64,000 nucleotides of DNA from an uncultured virus (IMG/VR IMGVR_UViG_3300027708_001828) (taxonomy: Duplodnaviria; Heunggongvirae; Uroviricota; Caudoviricetes). Where the stretch lies: the IMG/VR virus record IMGVR_UViG_3300027708_001828. One strand, 5' to 3'. Under the pieces are notes generated by a model. It had not been told where the DNA came from, made no database searches, and saw only the letters and a program-made list of their open reading frames with translations. The position numbers and the translations under genes were made by a program. This document shows, piece after piece, positions 38,280-48,383 of this stretch (position 1 is the first letter of the stretch; the number at the start of each line of letters is the position of its first letter).

Positions 38280-38978
38280 ATGTTTGGAACAAATTATTCA
38301 GCTGACGGAATCGTTAGTTATCGTTCGGCAGGCGAAGTCAATCAAGCTATGGGCCGTGTGTACGGTTACATGGGGCTTGCCACACTGGTAAGTATGCTGG
38401 TCAGTTTCTTCGTAGGAACTGATCCAGAACTTGTGAAGTTTTTCTTTACAGGTGCAATGCATTGGGTAGTAATTTTTGCCCCACTAGTTGCTGTATTTGG
38501 AATTAGCATTGCACTCAACGCTAATCCTCCAAAAGAAACTGCTGTACTATTGTTGGCAGGCTTTGCGGCCATTATGGGATTGAGCTTTGCTGTAATCTTT
38601 GCTGTCTATACTATGGCTAGTATCTTTAGTGCGTTCATGGGTGCCAGTGTGTTGTTTGGAACTATGAGCTTCTATGGATACTTTACCAAGAAAGATTTGG
38701 ACAGTCTAGGTAAGTTTATGTTTGTGGGATTGATTGCTATTATCATTGCCAGCATTATCAATATCTTTATCGGTAGCTCAGTAATGCAGATGGTTATCTC
38801 AGCCCTGGCTATCGTAATCTTCATGGGTCTAACTGCTTACGACACACAGCAGATTCGTGAAATGGTCAGTACCGATTCTAGCCCTGCCGCAGAAGTGATA
38901 GGTGCGTTAACTCTGTACTTGGATTTTATCAATATCTTCCTCAGTTTGCTACAGTTGTTCGGAGACAAGAAAGACTAA
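38280..38978 (+). CDS. Bax inhibitor-1/YccA family membrane protein
   Basis: About 7 TM segments; TKKDL, AYDTQ, ALTLYLDFINIF. Confidence 0.92.
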   Translation: MFGTNYSADGIVSYRSAGEVNQAMGRVYGYMGLATLVSMLVSFFVGTDPELVKFFFTGAMHWVVIFAPLVAVFGISIALNANPPKETAVLLLAGFAAIMGLSFAVIFAVYTMASIFSAFMGASVLFGTMSFYGYFTKKDLDSLGKFMFVGLIAIIIASIINIFIGSSVMQMVISALAIVIFMGLTAYDTQQIREMVSTDSSPAAEVIGALTLYLDFINIFLSLLQLFGDKKD

Positions 38979-38979
38979 T

Positions 38980-39432
38980 ATGAAGTTGTTTGAACGCTCA
39001 GGCGGGTATTGGTTGTTTTGGTGGAGTGCTGTTTACTTCATCATTGGCATGCTAGATCTCTTTGTGCTCAAAACAGATTTGTTTCCATTGACACAGTTAG
39101 CATGGTTATGTATAATTGCATTACCGTTGGTTTGTAATCCGCTGGCTCGCTGGCTCAATATGAAAGAAAATACCATGTTTGATTTGTTTAAGAAAAATAA
39201 AATGCCAAAAAATGTAGTACCGTTTCCTGCTCCTCGAGCCGTAGCACCAGTTGAACCGCCTGCTCCTAAAGAAAAGGATCCAACTACATACTACGAAATT
39301 GGGCATACCTCTGACAACCGTGTATCTCTAAAAATGGGTTATACCACACTTACTATGAACTATCAAGGTGTTCAAAATCTTATAGATCAGCTGGAGTTAT
39401 ATCAAAGCCAATTACACCAGGAAACAGAATGA
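38980..39432 (+). CDS. Hypothetical membrane protein
   Basis: Two N-terminal hydrophobic segments and a Pro-rich linker. Confidence 0.55.
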   Translation: MKLFERSGGYWLFWWSAVYFIIGMLDLFVLKTDLFPLTQLAWLCIIALPLVCNPLARWLNMKENTMFDLFKKNKMPKNVVPFPAPRAVAPVEPPAPKEKDPTTYYEIGHTSDNRVSLKMGYTTLTMNYQGVQNLIDQLELYQSQLHQETE

Positions 39433-39716
39433 AATTTAGAAAAAAACCCGTAGTGATCGAAGCAGTTCGATTTATCTATGATGAACAGGGAATGATTGCT
39501 GTCAAATCTTTTTGTGGCACAGCATTGGGTAATGTGAGCAAGGATCGTCATCCTAGCGCACTAGCAGAAGCAGAAATTGGAACATTGGAAGATGGTGTTC
39601 ATTTGACTGTGAAACACATTGCCACAGAAGGGGATTGGATTATCAAAGGTGTGCAGGGCGAGTTCTATGCTTGCAAGCCAGACATCTTTGAACAAACATA
39701 CGAGCCAGCAGAATGA
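39429..39716 (+). CDS. Conserved phage protein
   Basis: KFRKKPVVIEA...GDWIIKGVQGEFYACKPDIFEQTY. Confidence 0.75.
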   Translation: MKFRKKPVVIEAVRFIYDEQGMIAVKSFCGTALGNVSKDRHPSALAEAEIGTLEDGVHLTVKHIATEGDWIIKGVQGEFYACKPDIFEQTYEPAE

Positions 39717-40090
39717 CCAATCCATTTAGAGATCAAGAAAAGTTTATGAAAGCCTGTGATCAAGTCGCAGGTGGTGAGTTTAATCGAGATCAGTTTGCAA
39801 TGTATCTCAGACTCATTGAAGAAGAATACAAAGAGCTTTGGGAAGCTGTCAACAACAATAATCAGTTAGAAACGTTAGATGCACTTATAGATATTCTAGT
39901 AGTCACTATCGGTGCCATTCATAGTACAGGTAGCGATGCCGAGGGTGCATGGAAAGAAGTTATGCGCACTAACTTTGCCAAGATCGATCACGAAACAGGC
40001 AAGGTGCGCAAGCGTGAAGACGGCAAGGTTCTAAAGCCAATTGGCTGGACTCCGCCAGAATTAAAACAATTTATTAAGGAACAATTATGA
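39713..40090 (+). CDS. MazG-like nucleoside triphosphate pyrophosphohydrolase
   Basis: LIEEEYKEL...ETLDALIDI...N..K...REDGKVLKP. Confidence 0.85.
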   Translation: MTNPFRDQEKFMKACDQVAGGEFNRDQFAMYLRLIEEEYKELWEAVNNNNQLETLDALIDILVVTIGAIHSTGSDAEGAWKEVMRTNFAKIDHETGKVRKREDGKVLKPIGWTPPELKQFIKEQL

Positions 40091-40614
40091 CACAACTAGT
40101 ACCAAATGTAACATTTGCATTTCGCCAAGGCGATCTAGCACCCGAGGGCGGTGGTTGCCCAATCGGTGGAGAATTTGTATTCAAGACTACAGCAGAGCTG
40201 TTTGACAACAAGCGAGTAGTGGTATTCAGCTTGCCGGGAGCATTTACCCCAACTTGTTCAACATACCAACTACCCGGCTTTGAAGAGCAGTATGAAGACT
40301 TTAGAGCACAAGGTATTGATGATATCTATTGTGTCAGTGTTAATGATGCGTTCGTTATGAACGAGTGGGCTCGTAGTTTGAACATTCAAAATGTACATCC
40401 TATTCCAGACGGAGCAGGAGTGTTTACAGAAGGTATGGGCATGTTGATAGATATGAGTGCAATTGGTTTTGGAAAACGCAGTCGCCGTTATGCGGCCATC
40501 ATCGATAATGGGCAAGTACAGCACATGTTCATCGAACCCGAAGCTAGCGACACTGATCCAGATCCCTACGGCGTATCAAGCCCAGAAAACGTAATGAAGC
40601 ATCTTAAAGGATAA
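40087..40614 (+). CDS. Peroxiredoxin (Prx5/PGdx-like)
   Basis: [25 protein letters not shown]. Confidence 0.92.
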   Translation: MTQLVPNVTFAFRQGDLAPEGGGCPIGGEFVFKTTAELFDNKRVVVFSLPGAFTPTCSTYQLPGFEEQYEDFRAQGIDDIYCVSVNDAFVMNEWARSLNIQNVHPIPDGAGVFTEGMGMLIDMSAIGFGKRSRRYAAIIDNGQVQHMFIEPEASDTDPDPYGVSSPENVMKHLKG

Positions 40615-40616
40615 AA

Positions 40617-41207
40617 ATGCCAAACCTAGTACCAATGGTGATCGAGCAAGAAGCTCGTGGAGAACGTAGTTATGATATTTACAGTCGCTTGCTCAAGGAC
40701 CGTATTGTTATGCTGGACACAGATGTTAATGAACATTCGGCAAGTTTGCTGGTAGCACAGCTACTATTTTTAGAAAGTCAAGGAAATGAAGACATTACTT
40801 TTTTCATCAATAGTCCTGGGGGTGTGGTTACTGCCGGCATGGCTATCTATGACACAATGCAATTTATTAAACCAGACGTCTGTACCGTCGTTATGGGTCA
40901 GGCTTGCAGTATGGGTTCCTTGCTCGCTACTGCTGGGGCTCCTGGCAAACGCAAAATGCTTCCAAACGCTCGCCACATGATTCACCAGCCAAGCGGTGGT
41001 GCAGGTGGACAAGCTACAGACATGGAAATCCAAGTAAACGAAATCATTAAAATGAAAAAGAACTTGACCCAAATTTATGTAGACCATAACAGCAAGGGCA
41101 AGACGTTTGAGCAGTTCCACTCTGCTATGGAACGTGATAACTTTATGAGTGCGCAAGAAGCACTAGATTTTGGATTAATTGACGAGATCATAACAAAACG
41201 CCCATAA
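40617..41207 (+). CDS. clpP: ATP-dependent Clp protease proteolytic subunit
   Basis: [27 protein letters not shown] (Ser), MIHQP (His), ERDNFM (Asp). Confidence 0.97.
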   Translation: MPNLVPMVIEQEARGERSYDIYSRLLKDRIVMLDTDVNEHSASLLVAQLLFLESQGNEDITFFINSPGGVVTAGMAIYDTMQFIKPDVCTVVMGQACSMGSLLATAGAPGKRKMLPNARHMIHQPSGGAGGQATDMEIQVNEIIKMKKNLTQIYVDHNSKGKTFEQFHSAMERDNFMSAQEALDFGLIDEIITKRP

Positions 41208-41238
41208 AGTGCGTATATAATTGGTTGCTGTAGTAAAC

Positions 41239-41246
41239 TATAAATA
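41239..41246 (+). promoter_or_regulatory. T4-type late promoter TATAAATA
   Basis: Exact TATAAATA upstream of GGAG RBS and ATG 41267. Confidence 0.6.
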
Positions 41247-41266
41247 GCTATGTCTAGGAGTTTACT

Positions 41267-41992
41267 ATGGCCCAACTACCATTCGATTGGTCGGAATTAA
41301 CCCGCAGTAATCTGTACTCTATGTTCTATTCGCTCAACAGCGAAATAGTGGGCAAAGAGCTATCTCCCAGTCAAATCCAAAAACGCATTATTCGCCACAT
41401 TAAGGCGCACCTGCCTGTTAAACTCAAAAAGTGTTTGTATGCTCCTACTACACCTGGATTTGTATTCATGGGCGGAGTTTACTACAGCGATTTGGATCAC
41501 AAAGGCAAGCCTGCGATTGAAGTCAATTTCAACTACAATCCAAACGATCGAAAGTTACGATTAACCAATCATCGTTTTAAACGTATGGCTATCCGATTTG
41601 CTGATGTAGTACTGCATGAAATTGTACATCAGCGCCAATTCCGTGCCCGTAACTTTAAAAACATTCCCGGATACGAAAGCACTGCCTATTATGCTACTGA
41701 TCGTAAAAAGCAAGAGTACTATGGTGACAGAGACGAAATGGGCGCACATGCGTTCAATTGTGCCTGTGAATTGATTGATCGATTTGGATACGATCCTACA
41801 ACAATTGGACGATACCTAGATTCAAATCAATGCCGTAGACATAAAAATTCAACTTGGAATGATTATTTGAAGTCATTTGATTGGAATCACAATCATCCAA
41901 TTATACGCAGAATGCGTAATTTGATCTTGCGCCAATTGGAAAATGCCTATTACGGCAAGCCATTTAAGACCACAAACCACTTGACATACTAG
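41267..41992 (+). CDS. HExxH metallopeptidase-like protein
   Basis: LHEIVHQRQ ... YY...DEMGAHA; resembles 32089-32751. Confidence 0.6.
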   Translation: MAQLPFDWSELTRSNLYSMFYSLNSEIVGKELSPSQIQKRIIRHIKAHLPVKLKKCLYAPTTPGFVFMGGVYYSDLDHKGKPAIEVNFNYNPNDRKLRLTNHRFKRMAIRFADVVLHEIVHQRQFRARNFKNIPGYESTAYYATDRKKQEYYGDRDEMGAHAFNCACELIDRFGYDPTTIGRYLDSNQCRRHKNSTWNDYLKSFDWNHNHPIIRRMRNLILRQLENAYYGKPFKTTNHLTY

Positions 41993-42009
41993 CAGTTAGG
42001 CTGTATAAT
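41981..42009 (+). promoter_or_regulatory. Consensus sigma70 promoter
   Basis: TTGACA-17 nt-TATAAT upstream of the DNA ligase. Confidence 0.85.
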
Positions 42010-42042
42010 ATAAACTTATACAGCAACTTATAGGAGTCAAAC

Positions 42043-43368
42043 ATGAGCGTTTGTGCCAGTCACATTTGGGCCCTAGAAACCCATCCAAGCCGTTTAAACA
42101 AAGAAGCCATAATCCTAGCCATAGCTGAAGAAGGCAATAAAGAATTCTTTGAAGGTTGTCGTCTTGCGCTAGATCCAATGATCACTTTTGGACTCAAACA
42201 GATACCTGAGAAAACAGATGCGGATGGTGCTGGCTTACCTTGGGACAGTTTTACTCTCGCTCTTACTGGTTTTGTTACACGTCAAGTTACTGGTAATACA
42301 GCACGTGATATGATTGCCGCCATGATGAAGTCAGCAACCAAAGCAGAATGGAATGGTTGGTATCGTAGGATTTTAATCAAAGACTTGCGCTGTGGTGTAA
42401 GCGAAAAAACAATTAACAAAGTAGTGGAGAAGAAGTATGCTGACTATGCTATTCCTGTATTCGGTTGTCAGCTTGCTCATGATAGTGCTAATCATGAGTC
42501 GAAGGTATCGGGCAAAAAACTTATTGAAGTTAAACTCGACGGAGTTAGAGTTATTACTATTGTACGTAGTGACGGTCGGGTGGATATGTTCAGTCGCAAT
42601 GGTAAAGAACTTGCTAACTTTCCTCACATAGCACAACAGATTTCAAACGTGATTCAACTCAAAGGCGCCAGCAAGAGTATGGACATTGTACTGGATGGAG
42701 AAATTATGTCCAGCAGTTTCCAAGACTTGATGAAGCAAGTACATCGCAAGGACAATGTAGAAGCGGGTGATGCTGTGCTTAACCTGTTTGATGTGGTGCC
42801 ATTGGAAGATTTTGAAAAAGGCATTTACAACAAGGATCAAACTACTCGAAGTAGCATGGTCAAATTTTGGGTTGAACAAAATCAAGACATGATGCCCAAT
42901 GTGACTTATGTGGCCAATGAGCTTGTTGATTTGGACACTGAAGCAGGACAAGTTCGCTACAAAGAGATCAATGCAAAAGCGATTGCAGGCGGATACGAAG
43001 GCATCATGCTTAAGGATCCTGCCGCTGGATATGAGTGTAAACGCAGTGTTGCATGGTTGAAGCTCAAGCCATTCATTGAAGTTAGTCTTACTGTGGTTGC
43101 CACAGAAGAAGGTACAGGTCGTAACGTAGGTAAATTAGGTGCATTAGTTTGCGAAGGAGAAGATGATGGAAAAAGTATTAAAGTTAACGTGGGCAGTGGT
43201 TTCAGCGACAGCGACCGCGATAGTTATTGGAGTGGCCGCGATCATGTTGTCGGAACTGTTGTTGAAGTAAGGGCAGACGCTGTAACGCAAAATCAAGACG
43301 GTACTTATTCGTTGAGATTTCCTAGATTCTTAAAATTTAGAGGATTCGAAGCGGGTGAAAAGATTTAA
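42043..43368 (+). CDS. ATP-dependent DNA ligase
   Basis: EVKLDGVR, SRNG, LDGE, FD, EGIMLK, WLKLK, VGSG, SLRFPRF. Confidence 0.95.
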   Translation: MSVCASHIWALETHPSRLNKEAIILAIAEEGNKEFFEGCRLALDPMITFGLKQIPEKTDADGAGLPWDSFTLALTGFVTRQVTGNTARDMIAAMMKSATKAEWNGWYRRILIKDLRCGVSEKTINKVVEKKYADYAIPVFGCQLAHDSANHESKVSGKKLIEVKLDGVRVITIVRSDGRVDMFSRNGKELANFPHIAQQISNVIQLKGASKSMDIVLDGEIMSSSFQDLMKQVHRKDNVEAGDAVLNLFDVVPLEDFEKGIYNKDQTTRSSMVKFWVEQNQDMMPNVTYVANELVDLDTEAGQVRYKEINAKAIAGGYEGIMLKDPAAGYECKRSVAWLKLKPFIEVSLTVVATEEGTGRNVGKLGALVCEGEDDGKSIKVNVGSGFSDSDRDSYWSGRDHVVGTVVEVRADAVTQNQDGTYSLRFPRFLKFRGFEAGEKI

Positions 43369-43612
43369 GAACACTGTACTGTTTGTTATATTAACGATAC
43401 TCATTATGGCCTTGTGGCCATTCCGCAACCTGCTAAGTATTGAGGAAGATGTTCATACACGCAGATTCTGTGCTTATGGACAGGTGTATGTAGAGTTTGA
43501 ACATGCAGGTAAGACCTGGGGTACTACTTTTTTAGGTGTAAGTGGTAAACCTGTAGCATGTAATGAAAATGACACACTATCAACACCAGCATTACACAAG
43601 GAAATTATATGA
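43355..43612 (+). CDS. Small membrane-anchored hypothetical protein
   Basis: N-terminal TM segment. Confidence 0.5.
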   Translation: MKRFKNTVLFVILTILIMALWPFRNLLSIEEDVHTRRFCAYGQVYVEFEHAGKTWGTTFLGVSGKPVACNENDTLSTPALHKEII

Positions 43613-44445
43613 GATCACACTATTGGACATGTTCGAAATTTGCAGACTGGTTACGTGGCACACCAAAACCAGGAGCCCAAACCAGTGAAGGCTGGGATGA
43701 GTGGACTGAAAAAGCCAAGTCAGCACATCCTGTTCGTTGGTGGATTGCCGAAGAAGGATTAGATCACCTTCAAAAATTTGTTTATTATATTCCGGATCGA
43801 CTAAATGACATACGCTATTATATTAACAATCGCTGGGTTAGTTACAGCCATGCTCTTACCGCACATCCTCGAGACATACAACCGGGTAACTGGAGTGATG
43901 TTGGCAATCGCTTTCTTCCTTGTATGTTCAATGAGCTTGTGGACTTTGTTGAAATAGAACAAGCATGGCATCACTGCATGTGGAGTGATGAAGCCAAAAC
44001 CAAATTTGATGTGCCTTGGTGGCGCAGTGGCTGGCTACGTTTGCGTACATGGCGCAATGCCGAAGCAGGTATGGAATATCTCAAATGGGCTAGCGAGCTT
44101 GTCGTTGGTGAAGACATGGGTGCTACTCCTGGGGACAAAGGATTCGGCGAGCCCACCTATCAAGCCAAATCCGCTAAAGAAATCATCGAGCTTTACACTT
44201 GGTGGACTGTTACATATCGCAATCGTCCTGACCCATACGAAGCAAGTGGCTGGACTGCGGCATGCGAAGCCAGTCGTTTGGCCAACGGTGGCCGACTGAG
44301 TTTCAGCGGTGAGAAAGATCCTACACTTAAAAAAGCCAGCGACAAGGCTCACAAGCTACTTCAAAAGATTGAAAAGGCTTATGAAGCAGAAGACGAAGCT
44401 ATGATGATTCGCCTTATCAAAATCCGTCAGAGTCTATGGACATAA
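43609..44445 (+). CDS. Hypothetical Trp-rich phage protein
   Basis: 278-aa ORF ending MIRLIKIRQSLWT. Confidence 0.65.
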   Translation: MRSHYWTCSKFADWLRGTPKPGAQTSEGWDEWTEKAKSAHPVRWWIAEEGLDHLQKFVYYIPDRLNDIRYYINNRWVSYSHALTAHPRDIQPGNWSDVGNRFLPCMFNELVDFVEIEQAWHHCMWSDEAKTKFDVPWWRSGWLRLRTWRNAEAGMEYLKWASELVVGEDMGATPGDKGFGEPTYQAKSAKEIIELYTWWTVTYRNRPDPYEASGWTAACEASRLANGGRLSFSGEKDPTLKKASDKAHKLLQKIEKAYEAEDEAMMIRLIKIRQSLWT

Positions 44446-45797
44446 ACAAGTTTAGAGATGAACTTAATAGTGTCAGTCCATCATTTTGTGCCGCTAAGTG
44501 GAAGCAGGTAACGCTTCATCTCCAAACTGGGCATAACCATAGTTGCCATCATCCGGCACCTCACAAGATACCGTTAGAAGAACTGTCAGCCAATCCATCA
44601 GCGTTACACAATACCAAGTTTAAAAAACTACAACGTAAGATGATGCTGAGTGGCGAACGTCCGGCAGAGTGTGACTACTGCTGGCGTGTTGAAGACAACA
44701 GTAACTCACTAAGTGATAGAATTTTTAAAAGTGCCGACAAGTGGGCGGCACCTCATATTCAAGACATAGCCAGTAAACCCTGGGACCATGATGTTGTACC
44801 CAGCTACGTAGAAGTTAGCTTTGGTAATGTGTGTAATTTTAAATGCAGTTATTGTGCGCCCAATGTCAGCTCACGTTGGATGGAAGAAATTGAAAAGTTT
44901 GGACCATATCCCACATCGGGCAAGTTCAACAACCTGGAGTGGCTGAAACAAACAGATCAGATGCCCATACCACACAAGGACGACAATCCCTATGTTGATG
45001 CATTTTGGGAATGGTGGCCTACTGCTTATCGTGAGCTAGAGCATTTTCGTATCACTGGCGGTGAACCTTTACTGAACAAAAATACATTTAAGATTCTAGA
45101 TTACATAATTGCTAATCCCAATCCAAACTTGGACTTTAGTATTAATGCCAACATGTGTCCACCGAGTGACATACTAGATAAGTTTATTGAAAAGATTAAA
45201 CTGTTGGAAGGCAAAGTAAAAAGATTCAAAATCTTTACTAGTGCAGAGGCATATGGCGCTCAGGCAGAGTATATACGCAATGGTATGGACTATGCTCAAT
45301 GGATCGATAATATTGAACGTGTGCTAAAAGAAGTACCAAGTGTAGGGTTTACAATCATGAGCACCTACAATGCCCTAAGCGTTCCCAGCTATACCAAATT
45401 CTTGCAAGATGTATTGAGACTCAAAACACAATATTACAAACCAGAATATAAGCAAACTGCTGTACTATTAGACATACCGTATCTGCGGTGGCCTCCACAT
45501 CAGTCAATCTTTATTCTAACAAAGGACTTTGCCACAACAATCAAAGAGCATGTGGACTTTGTGCAGTCTTATGCAGAAGGCACTGCAACAGAAACATACC
45601 AAGGATTTGATCGTCTTGAAGTCGAACGTATGAAACGAATATACGAAATATTTCAATCACACGATGAACCAGATACTGTAAAGAATCAAAAAGACTTTGT
45701 AGCGTTTGTTGACGAGCATGATCGCAGACGTGGCACAAACTTCTCGGCTACATTTCCCGAGATGGTAAAATTTTACAATTACTGTCAACAGCTATGA
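44436..45797 (+). CDS. Radical SAM protein with N-terminal twitch-like domain
   Basis: FCAAKW..SCHH..CDYC; CNFKCSYC; ITGGEP. Confidence 0.9.
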   Translation: MDINKFRDELNSVSPSFCAAKWKQVTLHLQTGHNHSCHHPAPHKIPLEELSANPSALHNTKFKKLQRKMMLSGERPAECDYCWRVEDNSNSLSDRIFKSADKWAAPHIQDIASKPWDHDVVPSYVEVSFGNVCNFKCSYCAPNVSSRWMEEIEKFGPYPTSGKFNNLEWLKQTDQMPIPHKDDNPYVDAFWEWWPTAYRELEHFRITGGEPLLNKNTFKILDYIIANPNPNLDFSINANMCPPSDILDKFIEKIKLLEGKVKRFKIFTSAEAYGAQAEYIRNGMDYAQWIDNIERVLKEVPSVGFTIMSTYNALSVPSYTKFLQDVLRLKTQYYKPEYKQTAVLLDIPYLRWPPHQSIFILTKDFATTIKEHVDFVQSYAEGTATETYQGFDRLEVERMKRIYEIFQSHDEPDTVKNQKDFVAFVDEHDRRRGTNFSATFPEMVKFYNYCQQL

Positions 45798-47203
45798 AAT
45801 ATCAATTGCATTTTTTCTACGACTACGTATTTCCTAACTACATCTTGCCAAATGCATTGATGCCAGAATACGCTATCTTAAATTACTTTAACAGTCAATA
45901 TTCAAACAAAGACAGAGAAAATTGTTTTACAGATCCAGGTGCCAGTGATGTAACACGATCTGTCTTTAATAAAAAATTCGGTGATTGGCCAAACAGTATT
46001 AGACACAACGGCTCGCATCTTGATAGGGGAGTATACTCTAATAAGGTACAAATAATTGAAAACTCTTTGTACCTTGGCAAGCATCAGGTCAATCGATATA
46101 TCTACCCTATAAAACTAGGGCCGCATCTGCATGAATTTGTAGGAGTTAATTTAAGGCCAGGCAACAAACTAAATGGCGAATACTTTTGGAAACACATGAG
46201 TGAAGAAGCCTTACAAGATGCACAATCAAGAAGAGCTATCATATTCATAGATTATGGACAAGAGAACTTTATAGAAAAAGAAACTTATATAAATTTACAT
46301 GAAGTTCTTAGATACAGCGGAATACCTAAGGAACAAGTTATCCTAGCGTTTAACACGTTCAATGGTCGAGAAGTATACGAATCATGGTTTAGACCCGACG
46401 AACGTAGACTAGAAGTACACAACTGGTGCTATGTAATGAGCGAAGCATCTATGTTTTACTTTGAGAACCCTAGCTTCCGTCTGAGCGTTGAGCAATTTAG
46501 AAACAGCAGATATTTTAAAAGACCAAATCATTTCTTATTTAAAATTAGAAACTCTCGAAATCATAGACTGGCTCTGCTGTATAAGATGGCCACAGATGGA
46601 TTATTAAGTCAGGGAGATTGGTCTTGCTTGACTAAACTACAAGTTAATGATCGTATGCTAGATTATTATAGGAATCTTTATCAGTTTGACATAAACACTG
46701 ACACAGTAAAAGAGCTATGCAATTCAACGCCGCATGTCCTACAAAGTGAAAGAGACAATCGTCATGAGCTAGTAAGCGCATGGACTGACAAAGATGCCAA
46801 GCCACATGCTGACAGTTATTTCTATATCTGCACAGAAACTTTTGTACACGGAGAGCACAAGTCACTTACTGAAAAAGTGTTTAAGCCAATTGCAAATTTC
46901 CAACCGTTTTTATTTGTAGCATATCCAGGCGCATTAGCTTTGTTAAGAAGTTTGGGATTCAAAACCTTTAGTCCGTTTATAGACGAAAGCTACGATATTG
47001 AATCTGACGAAGGTCGTCGTGTACATATGATCTATAAAGAAATTGCCAGACTATGTGCTATGACTCAAGACCAACTGCATGATTGGTATTGGCAGATGGA
47101 GTCTATATTAGAACACAATCATAATCTGTTGTTGACACTACACAAGAACGATCCTAGCAGTATTGAATTAATAAAATATCTGCACCAACGAACCAACGAA
47201 TAA
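45794..47203 (+). CDS. Putative glycosyltransferase-like protein (TEK..KP family)
   Basis: ET....LTEKVFKPIANFQPF...LRSLGFKTF..IDESYD; sits in the sugar cluster. Confidence 0.5.
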   Translation: MKYQLHFFYDYVFPNYILPNALMPEYAILNYFNSQYSNKDRENCFTDPGASDVTRSVFNKKFGDWPNSIRHNGSHLDRGVYSNKVQIIENSLYLGKHQVNRYIYPIKLGPHLHEFVGVNLRPGNKLNGEYFWKHMSEEALQDAQSRRAIIFIDYGQENFIEKETYINLHEVLRYSGIPKEQVILAFNTFNGREVYESWFRPDERRLEVHNWCYVMSEASMFYFENPSFRLSVEQFRNSRYFKRPNHFLFKIRNSRNHRLALLYKMATDGLLSQGDWSCLTKLQVNDRMLDYYRNLYQFDINTDTVKELCNSTPHVLQSERDNRHELVSAWTDKDAKPHADSYFYICTETFVHGEHKSLTEKVFKPIANFQPFLFVAYPGALALLRSLGFKTFSPFIDESYDIESDEGRRVHMIYKEIARLCAMTQDQLHDWYWQMESILEHNHNLLLTLHKNDPSSIELIKYLHQRTNE

Positions 47204-47211
47204 ATATTTCC

Positions 47212-47757
47212 ATGAATTACAAAGACAGTAACTGGCAAACAGTAGACACAGCATATCTAAATACCTTTGGTAAAGAAGTCCCTGTGTACTCGCCTGCTGT
47301 TTATAGAGAGTACAGGGGAGAGATATTTACTACCTATCATTCTACTGCGCACCCTGTTAACCAAATATTACCAAACGATGTGCAAGTTCATACTAGATTT
47401 TCAAAATCATATCAAGGTGTACTGCGTGGACTACACTATGATGACAAAACTTGGAAGCTGGTTCAAGCTCTAGTCGGCGATATCTATCTAGTAGTGCTTG
47501 ATGTAAGACAAGACAGCGATACATTTGGCAAATGGGAATCTTACATCATAAGTGAAAAGACCAGAGACCAAGTACTGGTACCCCCGGGATTTGCTAACGG
47601 GCACTATGCACTGACAGATTGCATTTTTCACTACAGCCTATTTTATCAAGGCGACTATGTTAATGAAAATAATCAGGGTGTAATAAAATGGAATGACCCG
47701 GCTTACAATATAGAATGGCCTACTAAAGATCCTATAATACAAGGGCGTGACAAATGA
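47212..47757 (+). CDS. rmlC: dTDP-4-dehydrorhamnose 3,5-epimerase family
   Basis: RG, GVLRGLHY, KLV, VLDVR, VPPGFANGH, WNDP...I.WP. Confidence 0.88.
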   Translation: MNYKDSNWQTVDTAYLNTFGKEVPVYSPAVYREYRGEIFTTYHSTAHPVNQILPNDVQVHTRFSKSYQGVLRGLHYDDKTWKLVQALVGDIYLVVLDVRQDSDTFGKWESYIISEKTRDQVLVPPGFANGHYALTDCIFHYSLFYQGDYVNENNQGVIKWNDPAYNIEWPTKDPIIQGRDK

Positions 47758-48383
47758 TAACTAATTTAGACCAGTATCCCGTCGTGCGAGATATCGATCA
47801 TACACCAGATAGTTTGATCAAGTTTGAAGATTCGATCATAGCTCTATGGGAAGGTGCTCGAGTTCGAGGACCTATACACTTGTCAAACGGCAATGAACAC
47901 AGTTTGATCGAAATATTTAAACGTGTTAATACAACTGATTGGGTGTTCAGTACCTGGCGCAGTCATTATCATGCACTGCTTAAAGGCCTAGATCCTCAAT
48001 GGATAACTGCAGAAATTCTCAAAGGAAAGTCAATTAGTATTTGCAATGTTGATGAAAAATTTTACAGCAGTGCCATAGTTGGCGGAACACTGCCCGTTGC
48101 ACTGGGTGTTGCTCAGCAAATCAAACGTGCAGGTTCTACAGATAAAGTATGGTGCTTTATTGGTGACATGAGTTTTGAAAGCGGTATATTCTACGAGATA
48201 CACAAGTATGCTAGAAACTTTGATTTACCATTATACTTTGTAGTGGAAGACAATGCAGTATCAACATATACTCCAACAGATACCACATGGAATGGTAAAC
48301 GTAGCGTACCCCATGATGTAGTACACTACCATTACAAATCTAAGTATCCGCATTACGGCACAGGCAAATGGATAGTATTCTAA
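47754..48383 (+). CDS. ThDP-dependent dehydrogenase E1-alpha-like subunit (short)
   Basis: HLSNGNE, STWRSHYHAL, AIVGG, GDMSFESG...EDN ThDP-binding motif. Confidence 0.85.
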   Translation: MITNLDQYPVVRDIDHTPDSLIKFEDSIIALWEGARVRGPIHLSNGNEHSLIEIFKRVNTTDWVFSTWRSHYHALLKGLDPQWITAEILKGKSISICNVDEKFYSSAIVGGTLPVALGVAQQIKRAGSTDKVWCFIGDMSFESGIFYEIHKYARNFDLPLYFVVEDNAVSTYTPTDTTWNGKRSVPHDVVHYHYKSKYPHYGTGKWIVF

